IMG/VR virus record: IMGVR_UViG_3300029822_001031
Source: a virus
Reading direction: 5' to 3' (one strand)
Length of the DNA stretch: 26,716 nt
Numbering within the stretch: the stretch's first letter is position 1; each line of letters begins with the position of its first letter. The translations under genes were made by a program, and so were the position numbers. Of the stretch, positions 1-7,610 are shown one piece after another. The notes under the pieces were generated by a model, which was not told where the DNA came from, did not search any database, and worked only from the letters and a program-made list of their open reading frames with translations.

Positions 1-66
1 CGGGCCGCGGAGGGCGCACCACTGGTCGCCGTCGGGGAAGATCCGGATCTCCTGGTCGTCGGTCAT
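1..66 (-). CDS. Partial small viral protein (MTDDQEIRIFPDGDQWCALRGP...), runs off left edge
   Basis: ATG at 66 overlaps the TGA of the upstream ORF; open to position 1; DGDQWCAL-type start resembles small phage proteins. Confidence 0.55.
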   Translation of the reverse strand, partial: MTDDQEIRIFPDGDQWCALRGP

Positions 67-410
67 CAGCACCGCCCCCACTCGGCCTGCATCTCCTCCA
101 GCACGTGCACCGGGAGGTCCTCGACGCACCGCACCCGGTGGATCCGGCAGCGCTCGGACTGTGCCGCCGCCCGCTCCTCGCGCATCGCATCGGCGCAGGC
201 GGGGCAAACATCAATGCTCTGTGTCTCGGCGCCGCAGGAGCGGCACAGACGCGCCCGCCCGTGCAGGAGATCGTCGTTCGCCGGCGCGTTCGCGCGAGCC
301 GAAACCATAATGCTCTCGAAAACAGTACTCTGGTTAACGCCCGCGGGGATCTGACGGTTGGCGCCTCTGAAATCCCGGGCGTTATCTGGGTTTATACAGT
401 TGTCTTGCAT
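66..410 (-). CDS. Zn-finger hypothetical protein
   Basis: CRSC...CPAC motif; AGGA upstream of ATG; coupled to neighbours. Confidence 0.7.
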   Translation of the reverse strand: MQDNCINPDNARDFRGANRQIPAGVNQSTVFESIMVSARANAPANDDLLHGRARLCRSCGAETQSIDVCPACADAMREERAAAQSERCRIHRVRCVEDLPVHVLEEMQAEWGRC

Positions 411-529
411 TCCTTATCCTCTACATAGACGATTTTTCCGTCTCGCTCAGCTCGGTTTAGGAGCGCGACCCAGAACGGATTAGCCTCCTTCCTGACGGCA
501 TCGGCCGCCCATCGAGGCGTCTCGATCAT
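392..529 (-). CDS. Small hypothetical protein (45 aa, MIETPRW...)
   Basis: ATG at 529 overlaps TGA of upstream gene (ATGA); GGAG upstream. Confidence 0.55.
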   Translation of the reverse strand: MIETPRWAADAVRKEANPFWVALLNRAERDGKIVYVEDKECKTTV

Positions 530-678
530 AGGTTCGCTCCTTTCAGGAGTTCCGTTGCCGCGAGGTCGATGCACCGCATAACGGCGTCCATCTCGTTCTT
601 GGCGTGGCCCGAACTGACCATAACCTCGATAACCCGCTTTCGTCGCGGGGTCAGGGTGATCAGTTTTTTGTGCTTCAT
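526..678 (-). CDS. Ribbon-helix-helix (CopG/Arc-like) transcription regulator, 50 aa
   Basis: MKHKKLITLTPRRKRVIEVMVSSGHAKNEMDAVMRCIDLA fits beta-strand + helix + G-x-x-x-N/S-E-x-x-V-x-R pattern; AT-rich TATA region directly upstream (716-730). Track start at 873 is likely over-extended. Confidence 0.55.
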   Translation of the reverse strand: MKHKKLITLTPRRKRVIEVMVSSGHAKNEMDAVMRCIDLAATELLKGANL

Positions 679-715
679 GTTTCTGTGACTCCTATATACA
701 TACACGTGGTTGCAG

Positions 716-820
716 AGTATATATATTTTTGTAAACCGATTGCGCGGATTGTATACCAAAACACTAATTATCTGTTGATTTAAGGAGATATGCGCGGCAA
801 ATGTGCCACGTTTGGTATAC
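716..820. promoter_or_regulatory. AT-rich promoter region with 10-bp inverted repeat
   Basis: TATA-like tatatatattttt at 718-730; GTATACCAAA (751-760) and TTTGGTATAC (811-820) form a perfect inverted repeat. Confidence 0.45.
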
Positions 821-951
821 TGGTGCGGCCGGCGACACCTCAAAAACATATATATGCAACCGCGCACTCGCATAAGAGCGCGAGCCCCCTGTTTCAGGGC
901 AGGCCACGACCGGATCCCGGATGATCTCTATCAGGTTCATCTTCTACTCCT

Positions 952-1140
952 CTACCAGGGACATTTCCCGCTTTTAATCCAGCCATGTACCCAGGTCTGC
1001 CGGTAATCGCACTCAGGGCAGATCAATCCATCATTTGTTGCTATGAGGTCTCCGTGACCGTTCCCGCAGGTTAGCGGGTGGAATTTGCCGGATTGCTGAT
1101 ACCTGTTGATATTTTCAACTTCCTCGTCGGTGAATATCAT
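952..1140 (-). CDS. Small Zn-binding viral protein
   Basis: HPLTCGNGH...LIAT..G..CPECDYRQ.W.H pattern typical of small phage proteins; GGGGTGTGA upstream. Confidence 0.75.
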   Translation of the reverse strand: MIFTDEEVENINRYQQSGKFHPLTCGNGHGDLIATNDGLICPECDYRQTWVHGWIKSGKCPW

Positions 1141-1151
1141 CTTTCACACCC

Positions 1152-1832
1152 CTACCAAGTTCTTGAGTCCGCAACAGCGGAGCCAACATTCAACATCCAT
1201 TCCTCTTTACTAAGCAAATTCGCCTGCTTTGCTACCTCTTCCCGCCATTCCGGGATGACATACAGTTTGTTGTGCCTCATTGGAGTGCTCCCGTCCACAG
1301 AATCAGCCCCAGCCGCATACGCTCTTGAATAGTTCCTCTTGTTCCCTACGCGCCCGATATGACAACGTTTCCCTGCGTTGTGCGCGAACTCCGCCCATAG
1401 TTGAGCGGTGCGCCACTTCCAGGCAACCGTCCCGCCGACGAAAACCCCATCGACATCCTTAATCAACGGTTTTACCGCCGCAGGAGTCATACCGTCCTGT
1501 ACCGGGAGGTACTTAGGGAACCTATCAGGGATCAGGGGGAGGTGCTGTATGCTGTGCTTGAGTGAGGTGAGACCTCCAGCAACTATATCCGGCACGATGA
1601 CCGCATAGGGGCGGTCTCCGGTAGATCCGATCTTATGTAGCAGAGCGTAAAACGCGCCCTCATCCCATTCTATACCCCTAGTCCAAGCACCGAACGCGCC
1701 GTTATCGAGGATGTATTCGGCACCGGCTGGCGGCGGGACATAGTAAGCAGGGGAGAAGAGCAGGCCGATACGGTGCTGTAGGCAGTATTCCCGCCGGTCC
1801 CGGTTCGCTCCATCCGCTACAAAGATTTTCAT
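1152..1832 (-). CDS. Queuine tRNA-ribosyltransferase-like (DpdA-like) TIM-barrel protein, putative DNA base-exchange enzyme
   Basis: ILDNGAF (cf. TGT DSGGF), VPDIVAG, PVQDG, VFVGG..WK, HIGRVG, ADSVDGS motifs as in phage TGT-like/DpdA-like proteins. Confidence 0.6.
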   Translation of the reverse strand: MKIFVADGANRDRREYCLQHRIGLLFSPAYYVPPPAGAEYILDNGAFGAWTRGIEWDEGAFYALLHKIGSTGDRPYAVIVPDIVAGGLTSLKHSIQHLPLIPDRFPKYLPVQDGMTPAAVKPLIKDVDGVFVGGTVAWKWRTAQLWAEFAHNAGKRCHIGRVGNKRNYSRAYAAGADSVDGSTPMRHNKLYVIPEWREEVAKQANLLSKEEWMLNVGSAVADSRTW

Positions 1833-1838
1833 CCAGAT

Positions 1839-2033
1839 CTACTTCTTTTCTACCATTTCCGCCCGCAGAAGTTCCAGAGATGCAAACGCTTTCCCGAGCG
1901 TGGCACGAGCCAAGTAGAGCCCGTCATCACAATCATAGTGATTCTCCAGACGGTCGATCAGCGGTGCGACCAGATGGAGTCCTGCCTCGATGTTATCATA
2001 GAGTCGGGCTTTGTTTACAGTTAGTTGCCCCAT
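1839..2033 (-). CDS. Small helical hypothetical protein; paralog of N-terminus of 25593..26018
   Basis: RLYDNIEAGL...IDRLENHYD...RATLGKAFASLELLR aligns with RLFDQIEAAL...IDHHEEQYD...RAIVGKALISLELLR. Confidence 0.7.
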   Translation of the reverse strand: MGQLTVNKARLYDNIEAGLHLVAPLIDRLENHYDCDDGLYLARATLGKAFASLELLRAEMVEKK

Positions 2034-2037
2034 TCTT

Positions 2038-2202
2038 TCACACCTCTACCAGTCTGCGGATCTCGTCCTGCGGGGATAGGATCGCCGGATCAGGGCAATG
2101 CTCGTCACAGGCGTACAGCAGATCGTAATCTGCTCCGGCCCGGCGGATCTCTATCTCCCCGGTCGCCGGGCGATTGCATCCTCTTGTCGTGCAGTTTGGC
2201 AT
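2038..2202 (-). CDS. Small Cys/His protein (54 aa, MPNCTTRGCNRPATGEIEIRRAGADYDLLYACDEHCP...)
   Basis: Translated by hand (below track cut-off); GGAGTGA RBS; fills the gap in the operon. Confidence 0.65.
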   Translation of the reverse strand: MPNCTTRGCNRPATGEIEIRRAGADYDLLYACDEHCPDPAILSPQDEIRRLVEV

Positions 2203-2208
2203 CGTATT

Positions 2209-2436
2209 TCACTCCTCTATCAAGTCCCATGCGTTGAGATACATGCCGCAAGTCGTCGTAATGTGTCCTCCGATACACACCTCTATCCGAGATAGAGAGG
2301 GATTGCTGTCCTTTGCTGCCTCCTCATCAAACGATTTGAAAAGACCGTCCTCCACGAGCCTCCGCGCTTCTTGCTTGCTTCCTGCCGAAACCTGCCCTTC
2401 GAGGATGCAGATCACGCTGTACTTCCGTTTTCTCAT
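2209..2436 (-). CDS. Hypothetical protein (75 aa, MRKRKYSVICILEG...)
   Basis: AAGGAG RBS before ATG at 2436; track start at 2610 overlaps another gene. Confidence 0.6.
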   Translation of the reverse strand: MRKRKYSVICILEGQVSAGSKQEARRLVEDGLFKSFDEEAAKDSNPSLSRIEVCIGGHITTTCGMYLNAWDLIEE

Positions 2437-2441
2437 CTCCT

Positions 2442-2621
2442 TCATTCCTCCTTCCTGTTTTCTACCAGAGATCGCCTGCCACCCTCGACGTACGATGCAC
2501 CGATGACCACCAATAGATTGAGGATTGCGATCATATTTCCATGAGCGACCCCTATGTAGATGACGACACCTGCGTTTACAGCAATGGCAAACGGGAGAAC
2601 CCAAGTCCACTCGTTAAGCAT
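2442..2621 (-). CDS. Small two-TM membrane protein (59 aa, MLNEWTWVLPFAIAVNAGVVIYIG...)
   Basis: Translated by hand; GAGGTGA RBS; two hydrophobic segments. Confidence 0.6.
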   Translation of the reverse strand: MLNEWTWVLPFAIAVNAGVVIYIGVAHGNMIAILNLLVVIGASYVEGGRRSLVENRKEE

Positions 2622-2624
2622 CTT

Positions 2625-2888
2625 TCACCTCTCTACCAAATTCGATACTCTCAATTCTTTCAGATTCGTCCTCAGCCCGACCCCGGAGAGCAACAGGAAC
2701 ACTCCAAACTGCGCTCCCAGGTAGAGCGAAGAGGTCAGCCCGGCGAACGCAACCCAGGCGCTATTTCCGGCGATCCAGCACCCGAACCCGGCGGCCCGCT
2801 GTCGGGGAGTGGGGCCGGCCACCAGGACCGCCCCGGCGATGCCTCCGAGTAAGCCAATGGTTTGCAGGATGTTATGCGGCATTGCCAT
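2625..2888 (-). CDS. Small multi-TM membrane protein
   Basis: Three hydrophobic segments; R..GF..WI.GN..W pattern seen in small phage membrane proteins. Confidence 0.7.
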   Translation of the reverse strand: MAMPHNILQTIGLLGGIAGAVLVAGPTPRQRAAGFGCWIAGNSAWVAFAGLTSSLYLGAQFGVFLLLSGVGLRTNLKELRVSNLVER

Positions 2889-3237
2889 GCCCCCCGAGGG
2901 AGATCGCCATGTCGTACATGACCCGCTCCCCCTCGATCAGGTTCTCAGGCCGCTCCCCGGCGCGCTTGAACACCACACGATCCTGAACGACCATGCGAAG
3001 TTTTGCACTCCTGATCTCGTAAATCTCTCCTACGGTATCGTAAATTGCCTGGAGGGTTTGGTAGCGGTCCCGGTCGTAGGAGTGGTCCGGGTCGAGGTCG
3101 AGAACTGCTCGCCGGGCGGCCTGCCGATACTGGACATAATAGTCCTCCTCGATGGGGGAGAACCCCTCCTCGGCGCGCTCGTACTCGAGGACCGTGTTGA
3201 GCCGGTCCCGAAGTTTTTCGAGGTCATCCCATGTCAT
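2872..3237 (-). CDS. GINS (Gins51/Gins15) alpha-helical A-domain-like protein, 121 aa
   Basis: YER...FSPIEEDYY...EIYEIRSAKL...ERPENLIEGERVMYD resembles archaeal GINS A-domain (E-R..L..L..DFY; I...R..K; NL..EE...Y/F). No C-terminal B-domain. Track ORF 2872..3864 is over-extended. Confidence 0.5.
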   Translation of the reverse strand: MTWDDLEKLRDRLNTVLEYERAEEGFSPIEEDYYVQYRQAARRAVLDLDPDHSYDRDRYQTLQAIYDTVGEIYEIRSAKLRMVVQDRVVFKRAGERPENLIEGERVMYDMAISLGGHGNAA

Positions 3238-3424
3238 GCTGCGTCCCTCTGGCGGCTGCGCGCCGGTCAGCTTCTGCAAGGGCTGCGGGGTTGTACTCGA
3301 GCTTGAATGATTTTCCTCCGCACTGGGGGCAGGACTCCCCCCCGACGGGGATCCGCTGGAGGCATTTTGAGCAGAGCCACCGCCCGGTTGTGAGGATGAG
3401 GGGTGGCCTGTGATTCTCATGCAC
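3224..3424 (-). CDS. Zn-ribbon protein
   Basis: CSKC...CPQCGGKSF; overlaps neighbours. Confidence 0.7.
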   Translation of the reverse strand: MHENHRPPLILTTGRWLCSKCLQRIPVGGESCPQCGGKSFKLEYNPAALAEADRRAAARGTQHDMG

Positions 3425-3737
3425 ATTCCGACCCCCCTGTGAGCCCGGCGGCGAGGTTTTCCCACCGGTGGTCGCGCTCGATTGCGCGGCGGCACAGTTC
3501 TGCGGCGTAAGGATGCCAGCGCCAGACCTGCGACCGGGACCGGGAGCCTGCTTTGATGGGGTTGCCTTTTGCGTCCCGGGCGGGGACGAATATCCCCGGG
3601 GCGGTATAGCGGAGCATTGCGCCGCGTGAGATGAGGTCTGCTATCTCTGAGTGAGTGAATTGTGCATCCCCCGTGCGGCGATAGATCGATATCAGTTGGT
3701 CCTCGTGCGCCCATACTGATTGGGATAAGCCTCTCAT
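3417..3737 (-). CDS. Hypothetical protein, possibly winged-helix DNA-binding
   Basis: ATGA coupling; FTHSEIADLIS helix followed by beta-rich VWRW segment. Confidence 0.6.
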   Translation of the reverse strand: MRGLSQSVWAHEDQLISIYRRTGDAQFTHSEIADLISRGAMLRYTAPGIFVPARDAKGNPIKAGSRSRSQVWRWHPYAAELCRRAIERDHRWENLAAGLTGGSECA

Positions 3738-3904
3738 GGGTGCGCCTCGCCTCTGCGGTATCCTCTGAAACGGAAGCAGATCGGACAGTACCAGCCGTCA
3801 TCCAGGGCGAGCATTTCCCCGCAGCCATTCGGGCACCCGGGGAGGTGGTGGACGGTCGGGGCATGGTGCAGGTGGGAGAGCAGGCCGCCGGTCTTGCTGC
3901 TCAT
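3734..3904 (-). CDS. Small Zn-ribbon protein (56 aa)
   Basis: Translated by hand: CPNGCGEMLALDDGWYCPIC; ATGA overlaps at both ends. Confidence 0.65.
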   Translation of the reverse strand: MSSKTGGLLSHLHHAPTVHHLPGCPNGCGEMLALDDGWYCPICFRFRGYRRGEAHP

Positions 3905-4032
3905 CGCTGCGCCTCGAACTGCTCACGGGTTTTCATATTCTTGACCGCCTCGCGGATCATCTGCCGGCCCTGTGGTGTCTGGGTGAGACGGGCGAGGAGT
4001 TTGTCGGGGGGGTTCCGGGGGCGGCCGCTCAT
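3901..4032 (-). CDS. Small basic protein (43 aa, MSGRPRNPPDKLLARL...)
   Basis: Translated by hand; ATGA overlaps at both ends. Confidence 0.6.
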   Translation of the reverse strand: MSGRPRNPPDKLLARLTQTPQGRQMIREAVKNMKTREQFEAQR

Positions 4033-4331
4033 GACCTCGCCCCCTGCAGCCGGTAGACGGGGATCATGCTGCCGGCCTGGAGCAGGTCAGGGTTCCATAT
4101 CCAGAGGTCAGGTTCTAGGGTGCCGGCGAGTTTCCAGTAGCAATTCGGTTCCTCTCCGATCCGCTCGTCGCTGATCCGGACCGGGCCGGCGCTGTCGATC
4201 GGGAGGATGAGCTGCATCCCACTTGAGACCATCTGGGCGATAGTTGGGGGAGTGTGGAGGCTCCGGACGGCCGCGCAGAATTTCTGCGAGGTGTGGCGCA
4301 TCACAGCCCGGGGGACGGAGGGGGATGACAT
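4029..4331 (-). CDS. Hypothetical protein (start uncertain; alternative ATG at 4217)
   Basis: Stop overlaps next ATG; TGATG coupling to upstream 40-aa ORF. Confidence 0.5.
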   Translation of the reverse strand: MSSPSVPRAVMRHTSQKFCAAVRSLHTPPTIAQMVSSGMQLILPIDSAGPVRISDERIGEEPNCYWKLAGTLEPDLWIWNPDLLQAGSMIPVYRLQGARS

Positions 4332-4453
4332 CAAGGAATCCCCCGGATCCGGTCTTCGTTCGGCGGTCTGTGCAGCTGCTCATTCTGAGTCAGTAGGCTA
4401 AAATAGTAGGGATTACCATATGTTTTAGCCTCATTTGAGGTGTTGTTCAACAT
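4331..4453 (-). CDS. Possible first ORF of left operon (40 aa)
   Basis: ATG at 4453 lies within the TGTTG-N2-CAACA palindrome region; stop overlaps next ATG. Confidence 0.3.
   Translation of the reverse strand: MLNNTSNEAKTYGNPYYFSLLTQNEQLHRPPNEDRIRGIP
4439..4452. repeat. 14-bp direct repeat copy 1 (GGTGTTGTTCAACA), contains palindrome TGTTG-N2-CAACA
   Basis: Identical copy at 7456-7469. Confidence 0.7.
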
Positions 4454-4528
4454 AGTTTACACGCTCCGCAGGGGGAGACCTGGAATCTCACCCCTGCTCT
4501 TTTCGCTTACATACTGTTCTAAGAGGGT

Positions 4529-4541
4529 ATTTTATATAAGC
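4529..4541. promoter_or_regulatory. TATA box of divergent promoter region
   Basis: atttttatataag between divergently oriented operons. Confidence 0.55.
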
Positions 4542-4608
4542 GTTGTGATTTGTTGTTATTAGATGTGAGTAGATAGGGTTATATGTTACCCGATGGAACA
4601 TACTACCT

Positions 4609-4773
4609 ATGCCAGAAGAAGAAACACTCACAATCAAAGAGGTTGCGAGTTTTTTAAGAGTACATCAAAATACTGTGTATGCCCTCATCAAGGAGGGGAG
4701 CCTTGAAGCATCAAGAGTCAGGAGACAGTATAGGATTAAAAAAGAAGATCTGATGAATTATCTCAATAAGTAA
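4609..4773 (+). CDS. Excisionase-family (HTH_17/MerR-like) DNA-binding protein, 54 aa
   Basis: Translated by hand: MPEEETLTIKEVASFLRVHQNTVYALIKEGSLEASRVRRQYRIKKEDLMNYLNK, a canonical excisionase-type HTH pattern. Confidence 0.85.
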   Translation: MPEEETLTIKEVASFLRVHQNTVYALIKEGSLEASRVRRQYRIKKEDLMNYLNK

Positions 4774-4797
4774 GGGTTCCAGGCCCTGTGAGAGAAC

Positions 4798-4998
4798 ATG
4801 GAGCGTGTTAACATGGCGTACAAGAAGTCTGTAAGATTACTATCCGCAATTAAGTACAACTACCCTTCTAAGGCGAGGCCCTGTAAGGGGTGTCCGACTA
4901 GGTTTACCCCTGGATGGTGCGAGGCTCACCAACGTTGGATGCCCCATAAATGCCAAGAGGGGCGGATGCCGACCCGGAATGAGAGGGGGGTCCTATGA
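4798..4998 (+). CDS. Small Cys-rich basic protein
   Basis: CKGC...C..H...HKC; ATGA coupling to Rep. Confidence 0.55.
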   Translation: MERVNMAYKKSVRLLSAIKYNYPSKARPCKGCPTRFTPGWCEAHQRWMPHKCQEGRMPTRNERGVL

Positions 4999-7073
4999 AT
5001 GGGAACGGATCGGAAGTCGAGATCAACCCTAACGACTATAGAAAGGATCTCCCGACCCCATCAAGCCGCCATCCCTGCCGGATATGTGGCAGACCGGCAA
5101 ACTATCGGACTCAATTCGATCCAGTTACATTAAAGGCAGAATGGTTGTGCCAGGAGTGCTACAAAGAAATCGCTAAACAGCTTGACGATCTGGATGAAGA
5201 ACCTAGTAGCGATCCAAACGAGCCAAAAATAAAGGTGATCAGCGAGTACACTGACGAGGACCGGCTCCCCCATATGGAGAAGACGATCCGCACCGGAGTC
5301 AGGAGAGGACGGGATCGAGAGAGTATCTACAGTGAGGTTCTTTACGATAATGAGTGGATGTATATCCCCCGATTCACCCCGATGGAGTTACAAGGGCATT
5401 TTGATAAACTCCATACTGAAGCAATGGGGGCCCCTGACCTCGAGATCGGAGATATCGAGGCCGTCATATCAGAGGGATCAGGAGGCAAGAGGTCCTATCA
5501 GAACCACCCCGAGCACGGGATTATGTTATATACCGCCAGGGGATCCGCCAACGGACCCATAGAGAGCGTAGAGTATATTTTCTCCTACCGGATCCGGTCG
5601 ATTGAGAGAATCGAGAACCCGGCCGATAACATAGACGTTTGTTATAATATCGTCTTTGAGAACGTCAAGAAGTCGAGCCAGCGGTTACGGTATGATGAAT
5701 CCACCATAAGCCAGATCGCAACCGACATTATAAGTTCAAAATCAGGAGTAAAGAACAAACAGAGGCTGCATGAAGCAATATCTGCCATAATTAACGAGTA
5801 TGAAACGAGGGACCTTATCAAGTTGAGCAGCCGGATACCGGCCACGGGATTTTTTGAGAACAAAGAGGGAATCTTACAATTCCACGAAGGGAAGAAACTA
5901 AGGTTAGCCCTCCCCAAGCACAACCCGAGGAAGGCCGCGCAGGTGCTCGAGGTGCTCGATGAGATAATGAGCTTCCACAACTACAGCGACAGAGCACTCA
6001 CGATCCTGTACCAGATGGCATATAGCCCGTTAGGGTTTATCCGCAAGACCTACGGGAAAGAGAATAAGATGGTTATCGCCCACGGGGAGCCGCACACCGG
6101 CAAGACCTACTTGTGCCGTATCTGTGGGTATTTTTGGGGATTGTCGGAAACCGATTCGGTGATCGCAGCCGGGAAACTCACCGCGCCGCAACTGGCAGAG
6201 CACTTAAACAAGACCACCTTGTTAATTACCCTGGATGAGGCACGAAACACGATAGGAGATCCTAACATCGTGGAGATGCTGAAATCTTCGACCACCAACA
6301 CCCGGATAAAGGACCGGATCCGGCCGGAGCAGGGTTTCAGGATGCAGAGCCTATACGCATACGCGACGGTGGCCCTCACGACAAACTTTATGGTGCAGCT
6401 GCACGCCGGGATGCAGGACCGCCTTATCTCATCAGAGTGGTTAACCGACGCGAAACGAGCCGAAGAGGAAGTAGAGAAATTTGAGGAGGAGGTAAACCAG
6501 AATAAAGAGGAGTTCGCCTATATCGGTGCAGCCCTGAAAGAGATGTTTTTAGAGAAGTGGGACACCATTAAGCCGCTCTTATTCAAGCCCGACCAGATCG
6601 AGATAGGCATGGAGATCATGAAGAGGTTATACCAGTACCTGGATCTCCCGGTCCCTGAGTGGATTAAGAACGTAACCGAGACATACGAAATCGACAGCCC
6701 CGACCCGCTCGATGTGTTTTTCGGGTATATGCGGCAAACCTACCTCGAAAATCTCCGGTTGTATGATAAGGGGTTGCTAACGATGGAAGTCTCATGGGAG
6801 GGCCGCTTAATTCAGATGCACCAGGCCGGCATATCCCCAGACCATACTATCAGCATCACCGAGAAGTATATCGCCGTGGTTCCATCAATTATTCAAGACA
6901 TCAGCAGGGAGAGAGGATACGACCTGCCAGGGGGATTGAAGAACCTCCAGTATAAGATCCCGGGGGCAAAATACCAGGTATACCGGAGGACAAAAACACT
7001 CATGATCCCTACGGCAACCTTCGTAGATTACATGGCCCCGCTCATGTTGGGCGAGGGAGATATGCAATCTTAA
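4995..7073 (+). CDS. Replication protein: N-terminal Zn finger, PriCT-like helical region, C-terminal SF3/AAA+-type helicase
   Basis: CRICG...CQEC; Walker A GEPHTGKT, Walker B ITLDE, motif C-like ALTTN; immediately followed by iteron array. Confidence 0.75.
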   Translation: MNGNGSEVEINPNDYRKDLPTPSSRHPCRICGRPANYRTQFDPVTLKAEWLCQECYKEIAKQLDDLDEEPSSDPNEPKIKVISEYTDEDRLPHMEKTIRTGVRRGRDRESIYSEVLYDNEWMYIPRFTPMELQGHFDKLHTEAMGAPDLEIGDIEAVISEGSGGKRSYQNHPEHGIMLYTARGSANGPIESVEYIFSYRIRSIERIENPADNIDVCYNIVFENVKKSSQRLRYDESTISQIATDIISSKSGVKNKQRLHEAISAIINEYETRDLIKLSSRIPATGFFENKEGILQFHEGKKLRLALPKHNPRKAAQVLEVLDEIMSFHNYSDRALTILYQMAYSPLGFIRKTYGKENKMVIAHGEPHTGKTYLCRICGYFWGLSETDSVIAAGKLTAPQLAEHLNKTTLLITLDEARNTIGDPNIVEMLKSSTTNTRIKDRIRPEQGFRMQSLYAYATVALTTNFMVQLHAGMQDRLISSEWLTDAKRAEEEVEKFEEEVNQNKEEFAYIGAALKEMFLEKWDTIKPLLFKPDQIEIGMEIMKRLYQYLDLPVPEWIKNVTETYEIDSPDPLDVFFGYMRQTYLENLRLYDKGLLTMEVSWEGRLIQMHQAGISPDHTISITEKYIAVVPSIIQDISRERGYDLPGGLKNLQYKIPGAKYQVYRRTKTLMIPTATFVDYMAPLMLGEGDMQS

Positions 7074-7083
7074 TTGTTTTCCC

Positions 7084-7390
7084 ACAACCTTATTTTCAAA
7101 AGTTACCCTCCTATTCAACCTGAACAACCTGGATTAATATTCCAGGTTGAATGAGATAAATGAAGCGATAAAAATAATTTAGAGCCTATTTTCGATTTAG
7201 AGGGGTAAAGGATACCTCGAAAATAAATGCAACCTATTCAACCTGGTACAGAAGGCGCGGGTATGGCGATCTAAAAGGTAGGGGTTCGTCAGGTTGAATA
7301 GGTTGAATAGGTTGTTCAGGTTGAATAGGTTGAATAGGTTGTATATTGTACAGTACAGTAAGTACAGTACAGAAGAAGTACAGTACAGAG
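7084..7390. repeat. Putative replication origin: 9-bp iterons plus GTACA repeats
   Basis: Six tandem AGGTTG(AAT/TTC) units at 7291-7344; inverted copies at 7113-7130 and 7227-7244; hairpin CAACCTGGA-N7-TCCAGGTTG at 7125-7149; AT-rich spacer; GTACA repeats at 7348-7388. Confidence 0.75.
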
Positions 7391-7441
7391 AGAGATCAGG
7401 ACCCTCAAGATATTATCAAAAGTAGGTGTTAGATACTGGGT

Positions 7442-7489
7442 GGTATGGAGATCAGGGTGTTGTTCAACAGTAGACTAACTCTCCATACC
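7442..7489. repeat. 14-bp direct repeat copy 2 (7456-7469) inside a 10-bp inverted repeat
   Basis: GGTATGGAGA (7442-7451) / TCTCCATACC (7480-7489) enclose GGTGTTGTTCAACA. Confidence 0.65.
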
Positions 7490-7610
7490 CCATCACCCTC
7501 ATCTCTGAGTGTGAACTATGAGACATTCACCGGATGGGATTTAAACTCCGCCCACACGCGCCGTGAAAGTAAAACAGAGTAACGAGAAATTTCCAATAGT
7601 ACTGTACAAT

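Noticed and set aside
790-924. 44-aa plus-strand ORF with AAGGAG upstream
   Set aside because: Opposite to the whole arm, no recognisable features, lies in a regulatory region; unsupported.
2872-3864. 330-aa ORF as a single gene
   Set aside because: The N-terminal two-thirds overlaps three coupled real ORFs in other frames; only 2872..3237 looks protein-like.
7291-7390. CRISPR array
   Set aside because: Units are 9 bp and 5 bp in tandem without unique spacers; the position after Rep fits iterons.
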